This document shows, piece by piece, positions 28,992 to 38,808 of a stretch of DNA of 64,000 nucleotides. Position 1 is the first letter of the stretch; every line of letters begins with the position of its first letter. The position numbers were made by a program, and so were the translations under genes. Source of the stretch: an uncultured Methylophilaceae bacterium (GTDB lineage Bacteria; Pseudomonadota; Gammaproteobacteria; Burkholderiales; Methylophilaceae); the NCBI GenBank assembly GCA_964484105.1, contig CAZAEN010000007.1, forward strand, positions 99,599 to 163,598, given 5' to 3'. The notes below the pieces were generated by a model. That model was given only the letters and a program-made list of their open reading frames with translations. It searched no databases and was not told the DNA's origin.

Positions 28992-30491
28992 ATGGAATTT
29001 AGCATAAAAACCGTAAATCTGGAAAAAGACCATAGTGATTGCTTGGTGGTGGGGGTTTATGAAGGTGGCGCACTTTCTGAAGCGGCCAAGCAATTGGATG
29101 CAGCAAGCCATGGCTTTATCGCGCAAATTGTCACGCGTGGTGATATGGAAGGGAAAATTGCTTCCAGTTTGATGTTGCACAGCATCCCAGAACTTGCTTC
29201 ACCGCGTGTATTGCTGGTTGGTTTGGGTAAAGAAGATGAGTTGGACGCTAAAAAGTTTGTGCAAGCTGTACGCGCAAAAACAAAAGCACTGTCTGGTTTG
29301 CCGATCAAAGAGGTCGTGACAACGTTGGCCGATGTGCCAGTTAAAAATATTGATAAGCGCCGTCAAGTAGCATTGTTGGCGGAAGCTACGTTGGACGCTA
29401 GCTACCAGTTTGATGCGCCGAAACAGAAAAAAGAAGATAAAAAAGACAAGCCTAAAAAAGCACTGAAAAAATTGATTGTGCATGTGGCGCAACTGGACGT
29501 TGCAGAATCAAAACAAGGATTAACAGCTGGGGAGGCGCTCGCAAAAGGGGTGGAGCTTGCAAAAGATTTAGGCAACTTGCCACCCAATGTTTGTACGCCG
29601 AGTTATCTTGCGGAGCAGGCGCAAAAAATGGGCAAACAGCATGATTTTAAAGTCAAAGTGTTAGATGCTGATGACATCAAAAAATTAGGCATGGGTTCGT
29701 TTATGGGTGTGACGCAAGGCAGTCAAGAGCCGCCGAAATTTATTGTAATGGAATACAACAAAGGCAAGAAAAATCAAAAGCCAGTCGTGTTGGTTGGTAA
29801 AGGTATTACATTTGATACTGGTGGTATTTCGCTCAAACCTGGTGCGGAAATGGACGAAATGAAATACGACATGTGCGGCGCAGCCAGTGTGTTTGGTACA
29901 TTTAAAGCGGTGGCTGAGATGGACTTAGCCATCAATGTGGTTGGCTTAATCCCCACTTGTGAAAATATGCCGGATGGCCGTGCAACGCGTCCGGGCGATG
30001 TGTTGACCAGTATGTCTGGTTTGACAATTGAGGTGTTGAACACTGATGCTGAAGGCCGATTAATTTTATGTGATGCGCTGACTTATGCTGAACGCTATGA
30101 ACCGGAAGCTGTGATTGATGTTGCGACATTGACCGGTGCTTGTGTGATTGCGTTGGGGCATCATGCTACTGGCTTATTTGCAAACCAAGATGCGCTGGCG
30201 GAAGCCTTATTGCAAGCAGGTGAGCAAGCGTTGGATCGTGCTTGGCGTATGCCATTGTGGGAAGATTATCAACCACAGTTAGACAGTAATTTTGCAGATA
30301 TGGCCAATATTGGTGGTCGTGCAGCGGGCAGTATTACCGCGGCTTGTTTTCTTTCTAGATTCGCCAAAAAGTATGATTGGGCGCACTTGGACATTGCGGG
30401 TACCGCATGGAAATCTGGTAAAGAAAAGGGAGGCACTGGCCGCCCTGTGCCACTTCTCGCCAATTTTTTAATGAACAAAGTTGCGGAATAA
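28992..30491 (+). CDS. pepA: Leucyl aminopeptidase
   Basis: VGKGITFDTGGISLKP, MKYDMCGAA, NTDAEGRLILCD, WAHLDIAG. Confidence 0.97.
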   Translation: MEFSIKTVNLEKDHSDCLVVGVYEGGALSEAAKQLDAASHGFIAQIVTRGDMEGKIASSLMLHSIPELASPRVLLVGLGKEDELDAKKFVQAVRAKTKALSGLPIKEVVTTLADVPVKNIDKRRQVALLAEATLDASYQFDAPKQKKEDKKDKPKKALKKLIVHVAQLDVAESKQGLTAGEALAKGVELAKDLGNLPPNVCTPSYLAEQAQKMGKQHDFKVKVLDADDIKKLGMGSFMGVTQGSQEPPKFIVMEYNKGKKNQKPVVLVGKGITFDTGGISLKPGAEMDEMKYDMCGAASVFGTFKAVAEMDLAINVVGLIPTCENMPDGRATRPGDVLTSMSGLTIEVLNTDAEGRLILCDALTYAERYEPEAVIDVATLTGACVIALGHHATGLFANQDALAEALLQAGEQALDRAWRMPLWEDYQPQLDSNFADMANIGGRAAGSITAACFLSRFAKKYDWAHLDIAGTAWKSGKEKGGTGRPVPLLANFLMNKVAE

Positions 30492-30509
30492 CGCTATCCA
30501 CGTTAACGG

Positions 30510-30974
30510 ATGACACGCGTTGAGTTTATTTTTAATGTAGAAGATAAGTTGGCGAAAGCGGCTGATTTATGTGAGAAAACCGTGGCCAAAGGTCGGCAGC
30601 TAACATTTGCGGCGGCCGATTCTACCCTTTACCCTCTGTTACAAGATGCACTTTGGCAATCGTCGCCGAGTAGTTTTATGCCGTTGTTCGCTTTGCACGA
30701 TACGCAGCAAAGAGCGGCAAGGGAGGATTGCCCAGTGCATTTTTTTCTACACGGCGCTGAAGGCAGTGACATCAAGTTGATGCAAGACGATGTGTTGATT
30801 CACTTTTTGCAAGAAACGCCCAATTATTTCAGCCGCTTTCGCTATTTGGTTGAATTGGTTGGGAGCGAAGAGCAGGATAAAGTGTTAGCACGAACCCGTT
30901 TTAAGTTTTATCGTGAACGTGGCTATGAGATTAAAACCACCGATATGGCTAAAAATCATCATAATTTACTTTAA
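30510..30974 (+). CDS. holC: DNA polymerase III subunit chi
   Basis: MTRVEF, LW...PSSFMP, ARTRFKFYRERGY; follows pepA. Confidence 0.9.
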   Translation: MTRVEFIFNVEDKLAKAADLCEKTVAKGRQLTFAAADSTLYPLLQDALWQSSPSSFMPLFALHDTQQRAAREDCPVHFFLHGAEGSDIKLMQDDVLIHFLQETPNYFSRFRYLVELVGSEEQDKVLARTRFKFYRERGYEIKTTDMAKNHHNLL

Positions 30975-31080
30975 ATATATAGGTTAAGGTTATAAATTTA
31001 ATACATTATCCTTGCATAAATGTTGTTGAAAACGTTATGATTTGTCATCTTAAAGCTCCCGAATAAAAATTCGGCAAAGG

Positions 31081-32292
31081 ATGTATATGCAAGACATCGA
31101 TATTCCCGTACTAACCGATGCTGTGAGTTTGGGTCAGGTGCCCCCTGGTCAATCACTTCCCGTATCCCAAGAGCTGATTTCACAATTGGCCGCAAAATTA
31201 AAACCCCAGTTAATTGCTGAGGTTGAACTAGCCGTCACCCCCAAATTGCGCGAAAAATTGCACGATACGTTGCTTGGTGAGTCAGCTAATATTCAAAAAG
31301 CGAATCAGGCTTACATTGCCAGTTCTTTAAACCAGCAATATGAGCAAAAATCTCTGCTGATTGAGCAAAAGCTTTCCGCTATTCAAGAGTCACTTTCGAA
31401 TAATCTTAAAACATTGTTTGATACCGAAGCGGCTAGTACACGAGAAAGTACACAAGCAGCGATTTTTTCGCAATTAAATGCAGATATTGAAAATATCCGT
31501 AATGAATTGCATGAAAAAATTGACGTCCACTTAGACGGGAAAATTCAAGCGTCAGTTGCCAATGCGCGCGATGAAGTGTTAAGTAGAACGGCAGATTTTG
31601 TGGATAAAGTTCGTGCCGATTTGGCGACTGATGTGCCGGGAATGCTGCATTCAAGTGCAGAAATCATTCAAGCGGATATTGCAAAATCTTTCGAGAATAT
31701 GCAGCAACGCAGCGTTGAAGCGCTGCAAGAAAAACTTGCAGATGCGCTGCCAAATTTAGAAAATGCGATGGCAGAGCGTTTGCGGTTGAGTTTGGAAAAT
31801 ATTGAGACGCATACGATTCAAAGTGTTTCTCAATCCTTGAGCGATAAAATGCGAGAGGTGCAAACCGGTATTTTTGAAGAGTATCAAAGCAAAATCAAAA
31901 CTGAGCTTTCTAATGTATATTTAGATTTAACGCAGCAATCACAAGCCAATTTATCCGCCTATGTACAGCAGTTGCAGCAAAGTTCAGAAAGCGCGTTGCA
32001 ACAAAAATTGGGTGACACTTTTCCAAGTTTGTATGAAGGACTTTCAAATAATTTGCTGAGTAATTTGGAACAAGATTTTATTTCGACCGCGCAAAAAGTC
32101 AGTGATGATTTTAAACTGCAAATTAGCGCAGAGCTGCCGGTGATTGAGCAACTGATTAGCAACCGTGTGCAGCAGATTTTGGAAGAAGCACTTCCACGCA
32201 TTGAACAGGTGCTGTCTGTTAATGTTCGCCGTGATGTTGAAAACGTAATTGACTCAGTGCGACTGGTTTTTGTGGATAATGTGGGACGATGA
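31081..32292 (+). CDS. Hypothetical all-helical protein with N-terminal IPVLTD motif (DUF2486-like start, apolipoprotein-like body)
   Basis: 403-aa open frame; Gln/Glu/Leu/Ser-rich, no TM, helices punctuated by Pro. Confidence 0.7.
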   Translation: MYMQDIDIPVLTDAVSLGQVPPGQSLPVSQELISQLAAKLKPQLIAEVELAVTPKLREKLHDTLLGESANIQKANQAYIASSLNQQYEQKSLLIEQKLSAIQESLSNNLKTLFDTEAASTRESTQAAIFSQLNADIENIRNELHEKIDVHLDGKIQASVANARDEVLSRTADFVDKVRADLATDVPGMLHSSAEIIQADIAKSFENMQQRSVEALQEKLADALPNLENAMAERLRLSLENIETHTIQSVSQSLSDKMREVQTGIFEEYQSKIKTELSNVYLDLTQQSQANLSAYVQQLQQSSESALQQKLGDTFPSLYEGLSNNLLSNLEQDFISTAQKVSDDFKLQISAELPVIEQLISNRVQQILEEALPRIEQVLSVNVRRDVENVIDSVRLVFVDNVGR

Positions 32293-32293
32293 A

Positions 32294-32674
32294 CTATTCG
32301 CTAATCAGGGTTTTGTAGGCTTCAGCGTTGAGTAAATTTGCTTCCAGATTTTTTTGTGCCGGTTTGAATTTAAAAATCCAAGCATCGTAAGGCTTGTCGT
32401 TCACGTCTTCCGGTGCCTTCAGCAGAGCTTCATTAATCTCTGTGACTACTCCATCCACCAAAGCGTGTAAATCTGAGCCGGTTTTGACTGACTCGATTAG
32501 ACCACAAGGCTGCCCAGCGGCTAGTTGCGTACCAACTTTCGGCGGTTCGATAAACACCACATCACCGAGTAAATCCTGTGCGTAATCTGTAATGCCGGCA
32601 AGCCAGTTTTCATCGCTTTCAGGTGTTGTCCAAAGGTGTTCTTTGCTGTAGAGAAGTGAAGGTGGAATACGCAT
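32294..32674 (-). CDS. gcvH: Glycine cleavage system H protein (lipoyl carrier)
   Basis: YSKEHLW, GITDYAQDLLGDVVF, IESVKTGSDL with the lipoyl Lys. Confidence 0.92.
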   Translation of the reverse strand: MRIPPSLLYSKEHLWTTPESDENWLAGITDYAQDLLGDVVFIEPPKVGTQLAAGQPCGLIESVKTGSDLHALVDGVVTEINEALLKAPEDVNDKPYDAWIFKFKPAQKNLEANLLNAEAYKTLISE

Positions 32675-32822
32675 TTGATTCTTAATATGGTGAGATGACA
32701 GTATTTATATAATACCGCTGAATGTGATGATTCACTAGATAATCTGTAAATTTTTGTTAATTGCAATATTAATGTTTTGATATAATATTCAAAAATAACT
32801 TAATGATAAATAAGTGTTTTGT

Positions 32823-33908
32823 ATGAAAAAAATAGCATTACTATTTATGGCGTTAATGTTGTCTATTTCTCCTGTCGGTGTTTATTCGGCAGATAAAAAG
32901 ACGCATAAAACTTCAGCCATTAAACACAAAGTAGTGAAGTCACCGTCCAAACGTGTGAAAGCTGTGCGCGCTGTCAAACAAAAATCTGCAAAAAAATTAA
33001 ACGTTTCCATTCGTAAAACAAAAGTGCGTGTTGGTAAAAACGCGAGCTATTTTCAACGTGCCAAGCAAAATTATTTTGATGCATATGATGGCAGTGGGCC
33101 GCTGGAGCTTTCCTCAAGCAAAGCGTTGGTGATTAATCAACTGACAGGCGAAACCATTTACGCCAAAAACACCAATGTGGTGACGCCAATCGCCTCGGTG
33201 ACCAAGTTGATGACGGCAATGGTGACTTTAGACGCACACATGCCTATGGATGATATTTTATTTATCGGTGAAGACGATGTGGATTATCTTAAAGGGACGA
33301 GTTCTCGTCTCTCTGTTGGCTCTGCGTTGACGCGCGCCGAATTGCTACAGCTTGCGTTAATGTCCTCTGAAAATCGTGCAGCGGCAGCGCTTGGTCGAAA
33401 TTATCCGGGCGGTATTCAGGCATTTGTCACCGCCATGAATTTAAAAGCAGCGATGCTGGGCATGAAAGATACGCATTTTGTCGATTCCTCTGGCTTAGAC
33501 AGTGGCAATATTTCTACTGCGGATGATCTGGTCAGAATGGTCAATGCCGCGCATCAATACCCAGAAATTCGCCAAATTACTACCACTGCTTCGCAGGAAG
33601 TGCAGATTTACGGACATCGTTTCCCGACCAATTTTGTCAATACCAATGCTTTGGTGCGCGCAGATAATAACTGGGTAATAGGACTGTCTAAAACGGGATT
33701 TATTAACGAAGCTGGGCGTTGTTTGGTGATGCAGGCAGAAATTACTGGGCAGCCTTTGATCATTGTCTTGCTTGATTCTGTCGGGAAATTTACGCGAATC
33801 GGCGATGCGAATCGTATTCGTAAGTGGTTGGAGCATCGTCAAGCAACTTCGGTGAATACTTTTACAGGTACGCACGAGCCTGAGCCACATGAGCATGTGA
33901 ATGGCTAA
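32823..33908 (+). CDS. pbpG: D-alanyl-D-alanine endopeptidase (PBP7 family)
   Basis: PIASVTKLMT (SxxK), SSEN (SxN), LSKTG; Lys-rich N-terminal region. Confidence 0.88.
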   Translation: MKKIALLFMALMLSISPVGVYSADKKTHKTSAIKHKVVKSPSKRVKAVRAVKQKSAKKLNVSIRKTKVRVGKNASYFQRAKQNYFDAYDGSGPLELSSSKALVINQLTGETIYAKNTNVVTPIASVTKLMTAMVTLDAHMPMDDILFIGEDDVDYLKGTSSRLSVGSALTRAELLQLALMSSENRAAAALGRNYPGGIQAFVTAMNLKAAMLGMKDTHFVDSSGLDSGNISTADDLVRMVNAAHQYPEIRQITTTASQEVQIYGHRFPTNFVNTNALVRADNNWVIGLSKTGFINEAGRCLVMQAEITGQPLIIVLLDSVGKFTRIGDANRIRKWLEHRQATSVNTFTGTHEPEPHEHVNG

Positions 33909-33928
33909 CAGGAAAATTAGATGTAAAT

Positions 33929-33956
33929 AAAAAAGAGGCGATAAGCCTCTTTTTTT
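33929..33956. terminator. Bidirectional terminator between pbpG and topA
   Basis: aaaaaagaggc-gataa-gcctctttttt. Confidence 0.85.
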
Positions 33957-33978
33957 ATTTACATTAACCAATAAGCAC

Positions 33979-36501
33979 TTAGGCTTTTGGTTTTTTTGCG
34001 GCAGACTTTTTAGCAGCTGGTTTCTTTGCTTTAGCCGTTGATTTTTTGGTAGGTGTATCCTTGGCTGCTTTCGCGCTTAACAAACCAAGCGCTTCTTCTA
34101 GCGTGAGGGATTCTGGCTCAATGATTTTTGGCAAGGTCGCGCGGATTTTCCCATGTTGCACATAGGGTCCAAAGCGACCTGCAAACACTTCAATGGCGCC
34201 GCCTTCCGTTGGATGTTCGCCCAAAGAATTAAGCGGCGCGGGACCAGATTTTTCTTGTGCGAGTAATTCAACCGCTTCTTCGCTAGTAATCGTGAAGACA
34301 CTTAAAGTTTTAGGGATCGATTTGAATTTTCCATCGTGATTGACATAAGGGCCAAAGCGGCCAATATTCGCGACTATTTTTTTATTCGTCACTGGATGCG
34401 CGCCTAAATCGCGTGGCAGTGAAAGCAGCATATTCGCCGTTTCTAAATTCATTTCGGCCAGTGAAATTTCTTTCGGAACGCTGACACGTTTGGGTTTTTT
34501 CTTTTCCCCCTCCACGGCAACGCCAACTTGTAAATACGGGCCGTACGGGCCGTTCATCAGTAAAATATCTTTACCACTTTCTTGGTCAGCACCAATGACA
34601 ACAGGCTCACTGCTCGGCGCATTTGCACCATCAAGGCTGCGTTTGTAATCACATTTTGGCGTCGCGTTGTAGCCGGTACAGCCAATAAATGTGCCGTAGC
34701 GACTCAATTGTTTTTGTAGTTGCTTGCCGCATTTTGGACAATATTCATCAATCAGCTCGTTACCTGGGCGTTCCACATCAGCCTTGCTACTCAGCTGTTG
34801 ATAAAAGCCCTGCCAAAATTCGTCCATCACAGGCACCCAGTCGCGGCCGCCTTCGGCAATTTCATCTAGTTCATTTTCTAGGTTTGCCGTAAAGTCATAA
34901 TCTACATAGCGCGTGAAATGCTCGGTCAAAAATTTATTCACAATGCGGCCTACATCGGTCGGCACAAAGCGTTTTTTATCCAGCACCACATATTCACGGT
35001 CTTGCAAGGTGCTGATAATGGTGGCATAGGTGGAAGGGCGGCCGATGCCGTATTCTTCTAAAATTTTCACCAAGCTGGCTTCACCGTAACGTGGTGGTGG
35101 TTCAGTAAAATGTTGTTCGCCGTAAATTTTTTCTACCTTTAGAATTTCGCCAGTTTCTAAATGCGGCAATTTGGCTTCGGCATCCTCGTCCTCATTATCA
35201 TCGCGGCCTTCCATATACACTGCAATAAAGCCTGGGAACACCAAGGTTTGGCCTGATGCGCGAAATAAATTCGCCTCAGAGCCAATGCTCAAATCGACAC
35301 TCACTGCATCAAATTTAGCGGGTGCCATTTGGCAAGCTAGCGTGCGCTTCCAAATCATTTCATAGAGCTTAAATTGCTCGTCGTTTAAATATTGGCGCAC
35401 ACTTGCTGGCGTGCGGCTAATATCGGTTGGGCGAATCGCCTCATGCGCCTCTTGCGCACTTTTCGATTTTGTTTTGTAAACAATCGGGGATTTTGGCAAA
35501 TACTCTGCGTCAAAATTTTTCTTCACATAGTCGCGAATCTGCATCACAGCTTCTGTTGCCAAGCTAAAAGAATCGGTACGCATATACGTGATTAAACCCA
35601 CCGTGCCCGCGCCAACATCCACGCCTTCGTAGAGCTGTTGCGCAATACGCATGGCGCGCGAAGTAGTAAAGCCTAATTTACGTACGGCTTCTTGTTGCAA
35701 TGTAGAAGTGGTAAACGGCGCGGCTGGGCTGCGGTTACGTTGTTTTTTCTCAACGCGGGTAACTGTCGTTTTACCCGCTGAAGCAATCAATAATTTACCG
35801 ATAATATCGGCTTGCTGGTCATGGTTGATGACCGTGAATTGCTCAACTTTTTCGCTATTGAGCTGAATCAGTTTTGCAGTAAAACCGTGTTGATGCTTAA
35901 ATGCATCCAAATGAATTGACCAATACTCTTGCGATTTAAACCCTTCAATTTCCAACTCACGCTCGACAATCAAGCGTAGCGCAGGGCTTTGCACACGGCC
36001 TGCGGAAAGACCGCGGCGAATTTTTTTCCACAACAGCGGCGATAAATTAAAGCCGACTAAATAATCTAGCGCACGACGTGCTTGTTGTGCGTTGACCATC
36101 TCCATCGAAATGTCACGTGGTTCGGCAATGGCATGTTCTACCGCATTTTTGGTGATTTCATGAAACACCACGCGTTTTAATAGCTTGTTTTTTAATAAAT
36201 TTTTGGCGCTTAAAATTTCGGCAATATGCCAAGAAATCGCTTCGCCTTCGCGGTCCGGGTCAGTTGCGAGATAAATGCTGTCAGCACTTTTCACGGCCTT
36301 AGCAATCGCATCCACATGTTTGCTATTGCGCTCGATCAGCTCATATTTCATGGCAAAGTGATTGTTCGGGTCTACTGCGCCGTTTTTAGGAATCAGGTCA
36401 CGTACGTGACCATAAGACGCCAATACCTCGTAATCATTACCGAGATATTTTTTAAGCGTTTTGGCTTTTGAGGGTGACTCTACAATCAGCAGCTTTGTCA
36501 T
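33979..36501 (-). CDS. topA: DNA topoisomerase I
   Basis: LLIVESPSKAK, ATDPDREGEAI, SAGRVQS, LITYMRTDS catalytic Tyr, GIGRPSTYA; start taken at ATG 36501. Confidence 0.97.
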   Translation of the reverse strand: MTKLLIVESPSKAKTLKKYLGNDYEVLASYGHVRDLIPKNGAVDPNNHFAMKYELIERNSKHVDAIAKAVKSADSIYLATDPDREGEAISWHIAEILSAKNLLKNKLLKRVVFHEITKNAVEHAIAEPRDISMEMVNAQQARRALDYLVGFNLSPLLWKKIRRGLSAGRVQSPALRLIVERELEIEGFKSQEYWSIHLDAFKHQHGFTAKLIQLNSEKVEQFTVINHDQQADIIGKLLIASAGKTTVTRVEKKQRNRSPAAPFTTSTLQQEAVRKLGFTTSRAMRIAQQLYEGVDVGAGTVGLITYMRTDSFSLATEAVMQIRDYVKKNFDAEYLPKSPIVYKTKSKSAQEAHEAIRPTDISRTPASVRQYLNDEQFKLYEMIWKRTLACQMAPAKFDAVSVDLSIGSEANLFRASGQTLVFPGFIAVYMEGRDDNEDEDAEAKLPHLETGEILKVEKIYGEQHFTEPPPRYGEASLVKILEEYGIGRPSTYATIISTLQDREYVVLDKKRFVPTDVGRIVNKFLTEHFTRYVDYDFTANLENELDEIAEGGRDWVPVMDEFWQGFYQQLSSKADVERPGNELIDEYCPKCGKQLQKQLSRYGTFIGCTGYNATPKCDYKRSLDGANAPSSEPVVIGADQESGKDILLMNGPYGPYLQVGVAVEGEKKKPKRVSVPKEISLAEMNLETANMLLSLPRDLGAHPVTNKKIVANIGRFGPYVNHDGKFKSIPKTLSVFTITSEEAVELLAQEKSGPAPLNSLGEHPTEGGAIEVFAGRFGPYVQHGKIRATLPKIIEPESLTLEEALGLLSAKAAKDTPTKKSTAKAKKPAAKKSAAKKPKA

Positions 36502-36642
36502 TCTAGGAAAGTTGTTGTCCAAAATTTAAAGGGTTTTGTACCACTTCGTCTTAAGATAAGCTATCAAATAATAGCAAGGGTTTTTAAATCCATACAATTG
36601 AATAATGCCGGAAGTGTACTTCTAATTTGAATTTATCGGATA

Positions 36643-37581
36643 TTAACTGTTAGACGAAACTTTGCGCATAAATTCAATGCGCGTTTCACTTTGTGTGGCA
36701 ATCGTCAGCGCGGCATCTTGCCCTGCAGATTTTTCAAGTTCAAATTTCTCGTGGTCAAACATCGGGTCTTCATCATCCGCTTTGGCTTGGCTTAAGTTTT
36801 TAAAATCGTATAAATCAAAATCTCCCAAATGCGAAGGCTCCACATTGCCAATCGCGCGGAAAATATTATTCGTGCGGCCCGGCTGCTCGCGCTCCCAAGT
36901 GTTCAGCATGTCTTTAATTTTTTGACGCTGTAAATTCTCTTGGCTGCCACATAAGTCGCACGGAATAATGGGGAACTGCATGCCACGCGCATACGCGGCA
37001 ATGTCTTTTTCCGCGCAATAGGCCAGCGGACGAATCACCATAAATTCGCCACGATTCGTCGCCAATTTCGGCGGCATGGCTTTCATTTTTGCGCCATAAA
37101 ACATGTTTAAAAACAAAGTTTGCACAATGTCATCACGGTGATGCCCAAGCGCAATTTTGTTTGCGCCCAATTGTTGCGCGGTGGTATAAATAATCCCGCG
37201 GCGTAAGCGGCTGCACAAACTACACGTGGTTTTCCCTTCCGGGATTTTTTCTTTCACAATCGAGTAAGTGTCTGCCTCGACAATACGGTATTCCAAGCCC
37301 AATTTTTCAAAATAGGCTGGCAAAATATCAGCGGGGAAGCCCGGCTGTTTTTGGTCAAGATTCATGGCGATGAGTTTAAAATTCACCGGCGCACGTTCTT
37401 GCAAGGCCAACAAAATCATTAACATGGCGTGGCTATCTTTGCCGCCGCTCATGCAGACTAAAATCGTATCGCCATCTTCAATCATGTTGTAATCGCCAAT
37501 GGCCTTACCGGTGGCGCTAATCAACTGATTGCGTAACTTTAAAAAATTTTGGCTCACGCCATCGGGGTAGTGTTTAATCAT
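36643..37581 (-). CDS. ttcA: tRNA 2-thiocytidine(32) synthetase
   Basis: SGGKDS PP-loop, [29 protein letters not shown]. Confidence 0.96.
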   Translation of the reverse strand: MIKHYPDGVSQNFLKLRNQLISATGKAIGDYNMIEDGDTILVCMSGGKDSHAMLMILLALQERAPVNFKLIAMNLDQKQPGFPADILPAYFEKLGLEYRIVEADTYSIVKEKIPEGKTTCSLCSRLRRGIIYTTAQQLGANKIALGHHRDDIVQTLFLNMFYGAKMKAMPPKLATNRGEFMVIRPLAYCAEKDIAAYARGMQFPIIPCDLCGSQENLQRQKIKDMLNTWEREQPGRTNNIFRAIGNVEPSHLGDFDLYDFKNLSQAKADDEDPMFDHEKFELEKSAGQDAALTIATQSETRIEFMRKVSSNS

Positions 37582-37659
37582 GGCGCGCTATTATAGCGGA
37601 AAGTCAAAAAATAATTTGCTAAGTGTTTGATTATTTTGAGGCTATAGTGATTTTAAAAT

Positions 37660-37986
37660 TTAATCGCTCAACAATGTCGCGTCTGAGTCGCAATATTTGT
37701 CGGCAGAAATCCAGCGTTTGAATAATTTGCTGGCGAATTTATCGGCAGATTGAGGTAGCCAAATGAGATATTTTGAAGGGTTTAAAACCATCCCACAAAA
37801 ATATCTTTTTTCTGATTCGCTCCAAATTAAAGCTTTACAGGGCGTTAGGTGTGGCCAAAGTAGCGTCAAACTCACAGGGCATGGCTCCGCCGCACAACAT
37901 ACGCCACAGCCGTTGCATGGTTCGCCTAGTGCTGGTTTTGCTGGTGCGCGTGCGTGAATGGCAATGATTTGGGTTTTTGTTGTCAC
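37660..37986 (-). CDS. Cys-rich hypothetical protein (CxxCxxCC, possible Fe-S or Zn binding)
   Basis: PCNGCGVCCAAEPCP plus further Cys; starts 2 nt after the folM stop. Confidence 0.7.
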   Translation of the reverse strand: MTTKTQIIAIHARAPAKPALGEPCNGCGVCCAAEPCPVSLTLLWPHLTPCKALIWSESEKRYFCGMVLNPSKYLIWLPQSADKFASKLFKRWISADKYCDSDATLLSD

Positions 37987-37988
37987 AA

Positions 37989-38753
37989 TTAAAGATTAAG
38001 TGAGCGCCCACCATCCACTGCCAGCACATGCCCTGTAATAAACGGCGCACTCATGACTAAAAACTTCACGGCATTGGCCACGTCTTCTGGTTCGCCAATG
38101 CGTTTTAGCAAGGTTTGGTTGATGACTTTTTTGCGATAGGTTTCGTCAAATTGCGGGTTGTTTTCTGGCCAAAGCACAGGCCCTGGTGCCACGGCATTGA
38201 CACGGACATCGGGGCTGAGTTCTTGCGCGAGCGATTTTGTTAGCGTCACCAAGCCCGCTTTGGCCACGCTATAAATCACGTAGCCTTTTTTTGGGCGTTC
38301 CACGTGCATGTCGGTGATGTTGATGATGACGCCTTTATGTTTACGTAACTCAGCTGCGGCGGCCTGCGATAAAAACATGGGTGCTTTTAAATTACTGCCA
38401 ATTAAATCTTGCCAATTTTCCTCGTTAATCGCGCCAACCTCAGTTGGGTAATAAGCGGAGGCATTATTAATTAGCACATCGAGCCTGCCAAAATGGTCGA
38501 TGGTTTTTTGCACTAAATTTGGTAAATGGTCAGTTTTGAGTAAATCTGCTTGAAAAATCGCGGCAGAATTTGCCCGAATGACATTAAGTTCTTTTTGCAG
38601 CGCTTTGGCCTCGTTGGCCGAATTGCGGTAATGCAGTGCAATGTTAAAGCCTTCTGCGTGCAACATTTTGCAAATAGTCGCACCTACTCGCTTGGCACCA
38701 CCGGTGATCAGTACTACTTTTCCAGCATTATTTTCTACGGAAGTTGAAGTCAC
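37989..38753 (-). CDS. folM: Pteridine reductase / dihydromonapterin reductase (SDR)
   Basis: ITGGAKRVG, LINNASAYYP, IINITD, YSVAKAGL; start taken at GTG 38753 (the longer ORF overlaps the opposite gene). Confidence 0.85.
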   Translation of the reverse strand: MTSTSVENNAGKVVLITGGAKRVGATICKMLHAEGFNIALHYRNSANEAKALQKELNVIRANSAAIFQADLLKTDHLPNLVQKTIDHFGRLDVLINNASAYYPTEVGAINEENWQDLIGSNLKAPMFLSQAAAAELRKHKGVIINITDMHVERPKKGYVIYSVAKAGLVTLTKSLAQELSPDVRVNAVAPGPVLWPENNPQFDETYRKKVINQTLLKRIGEPEDVANAVKFLVMSAPFITGHVLAVDGGRSLNL

Positions 38754-38808
38754 AATTTGTCCTATCGCGTTTTCATCATTATAGTTCAAGACGATATAAT
38801 CTAGCCCT

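Noticed and set aside
31003-31030. dif-like AT-rich stretch (atttaatacattatccttgcataaatg)
   Set aside because: Does not match the XerD arm TTATGTTAAAT or the XerC arm in either orientation
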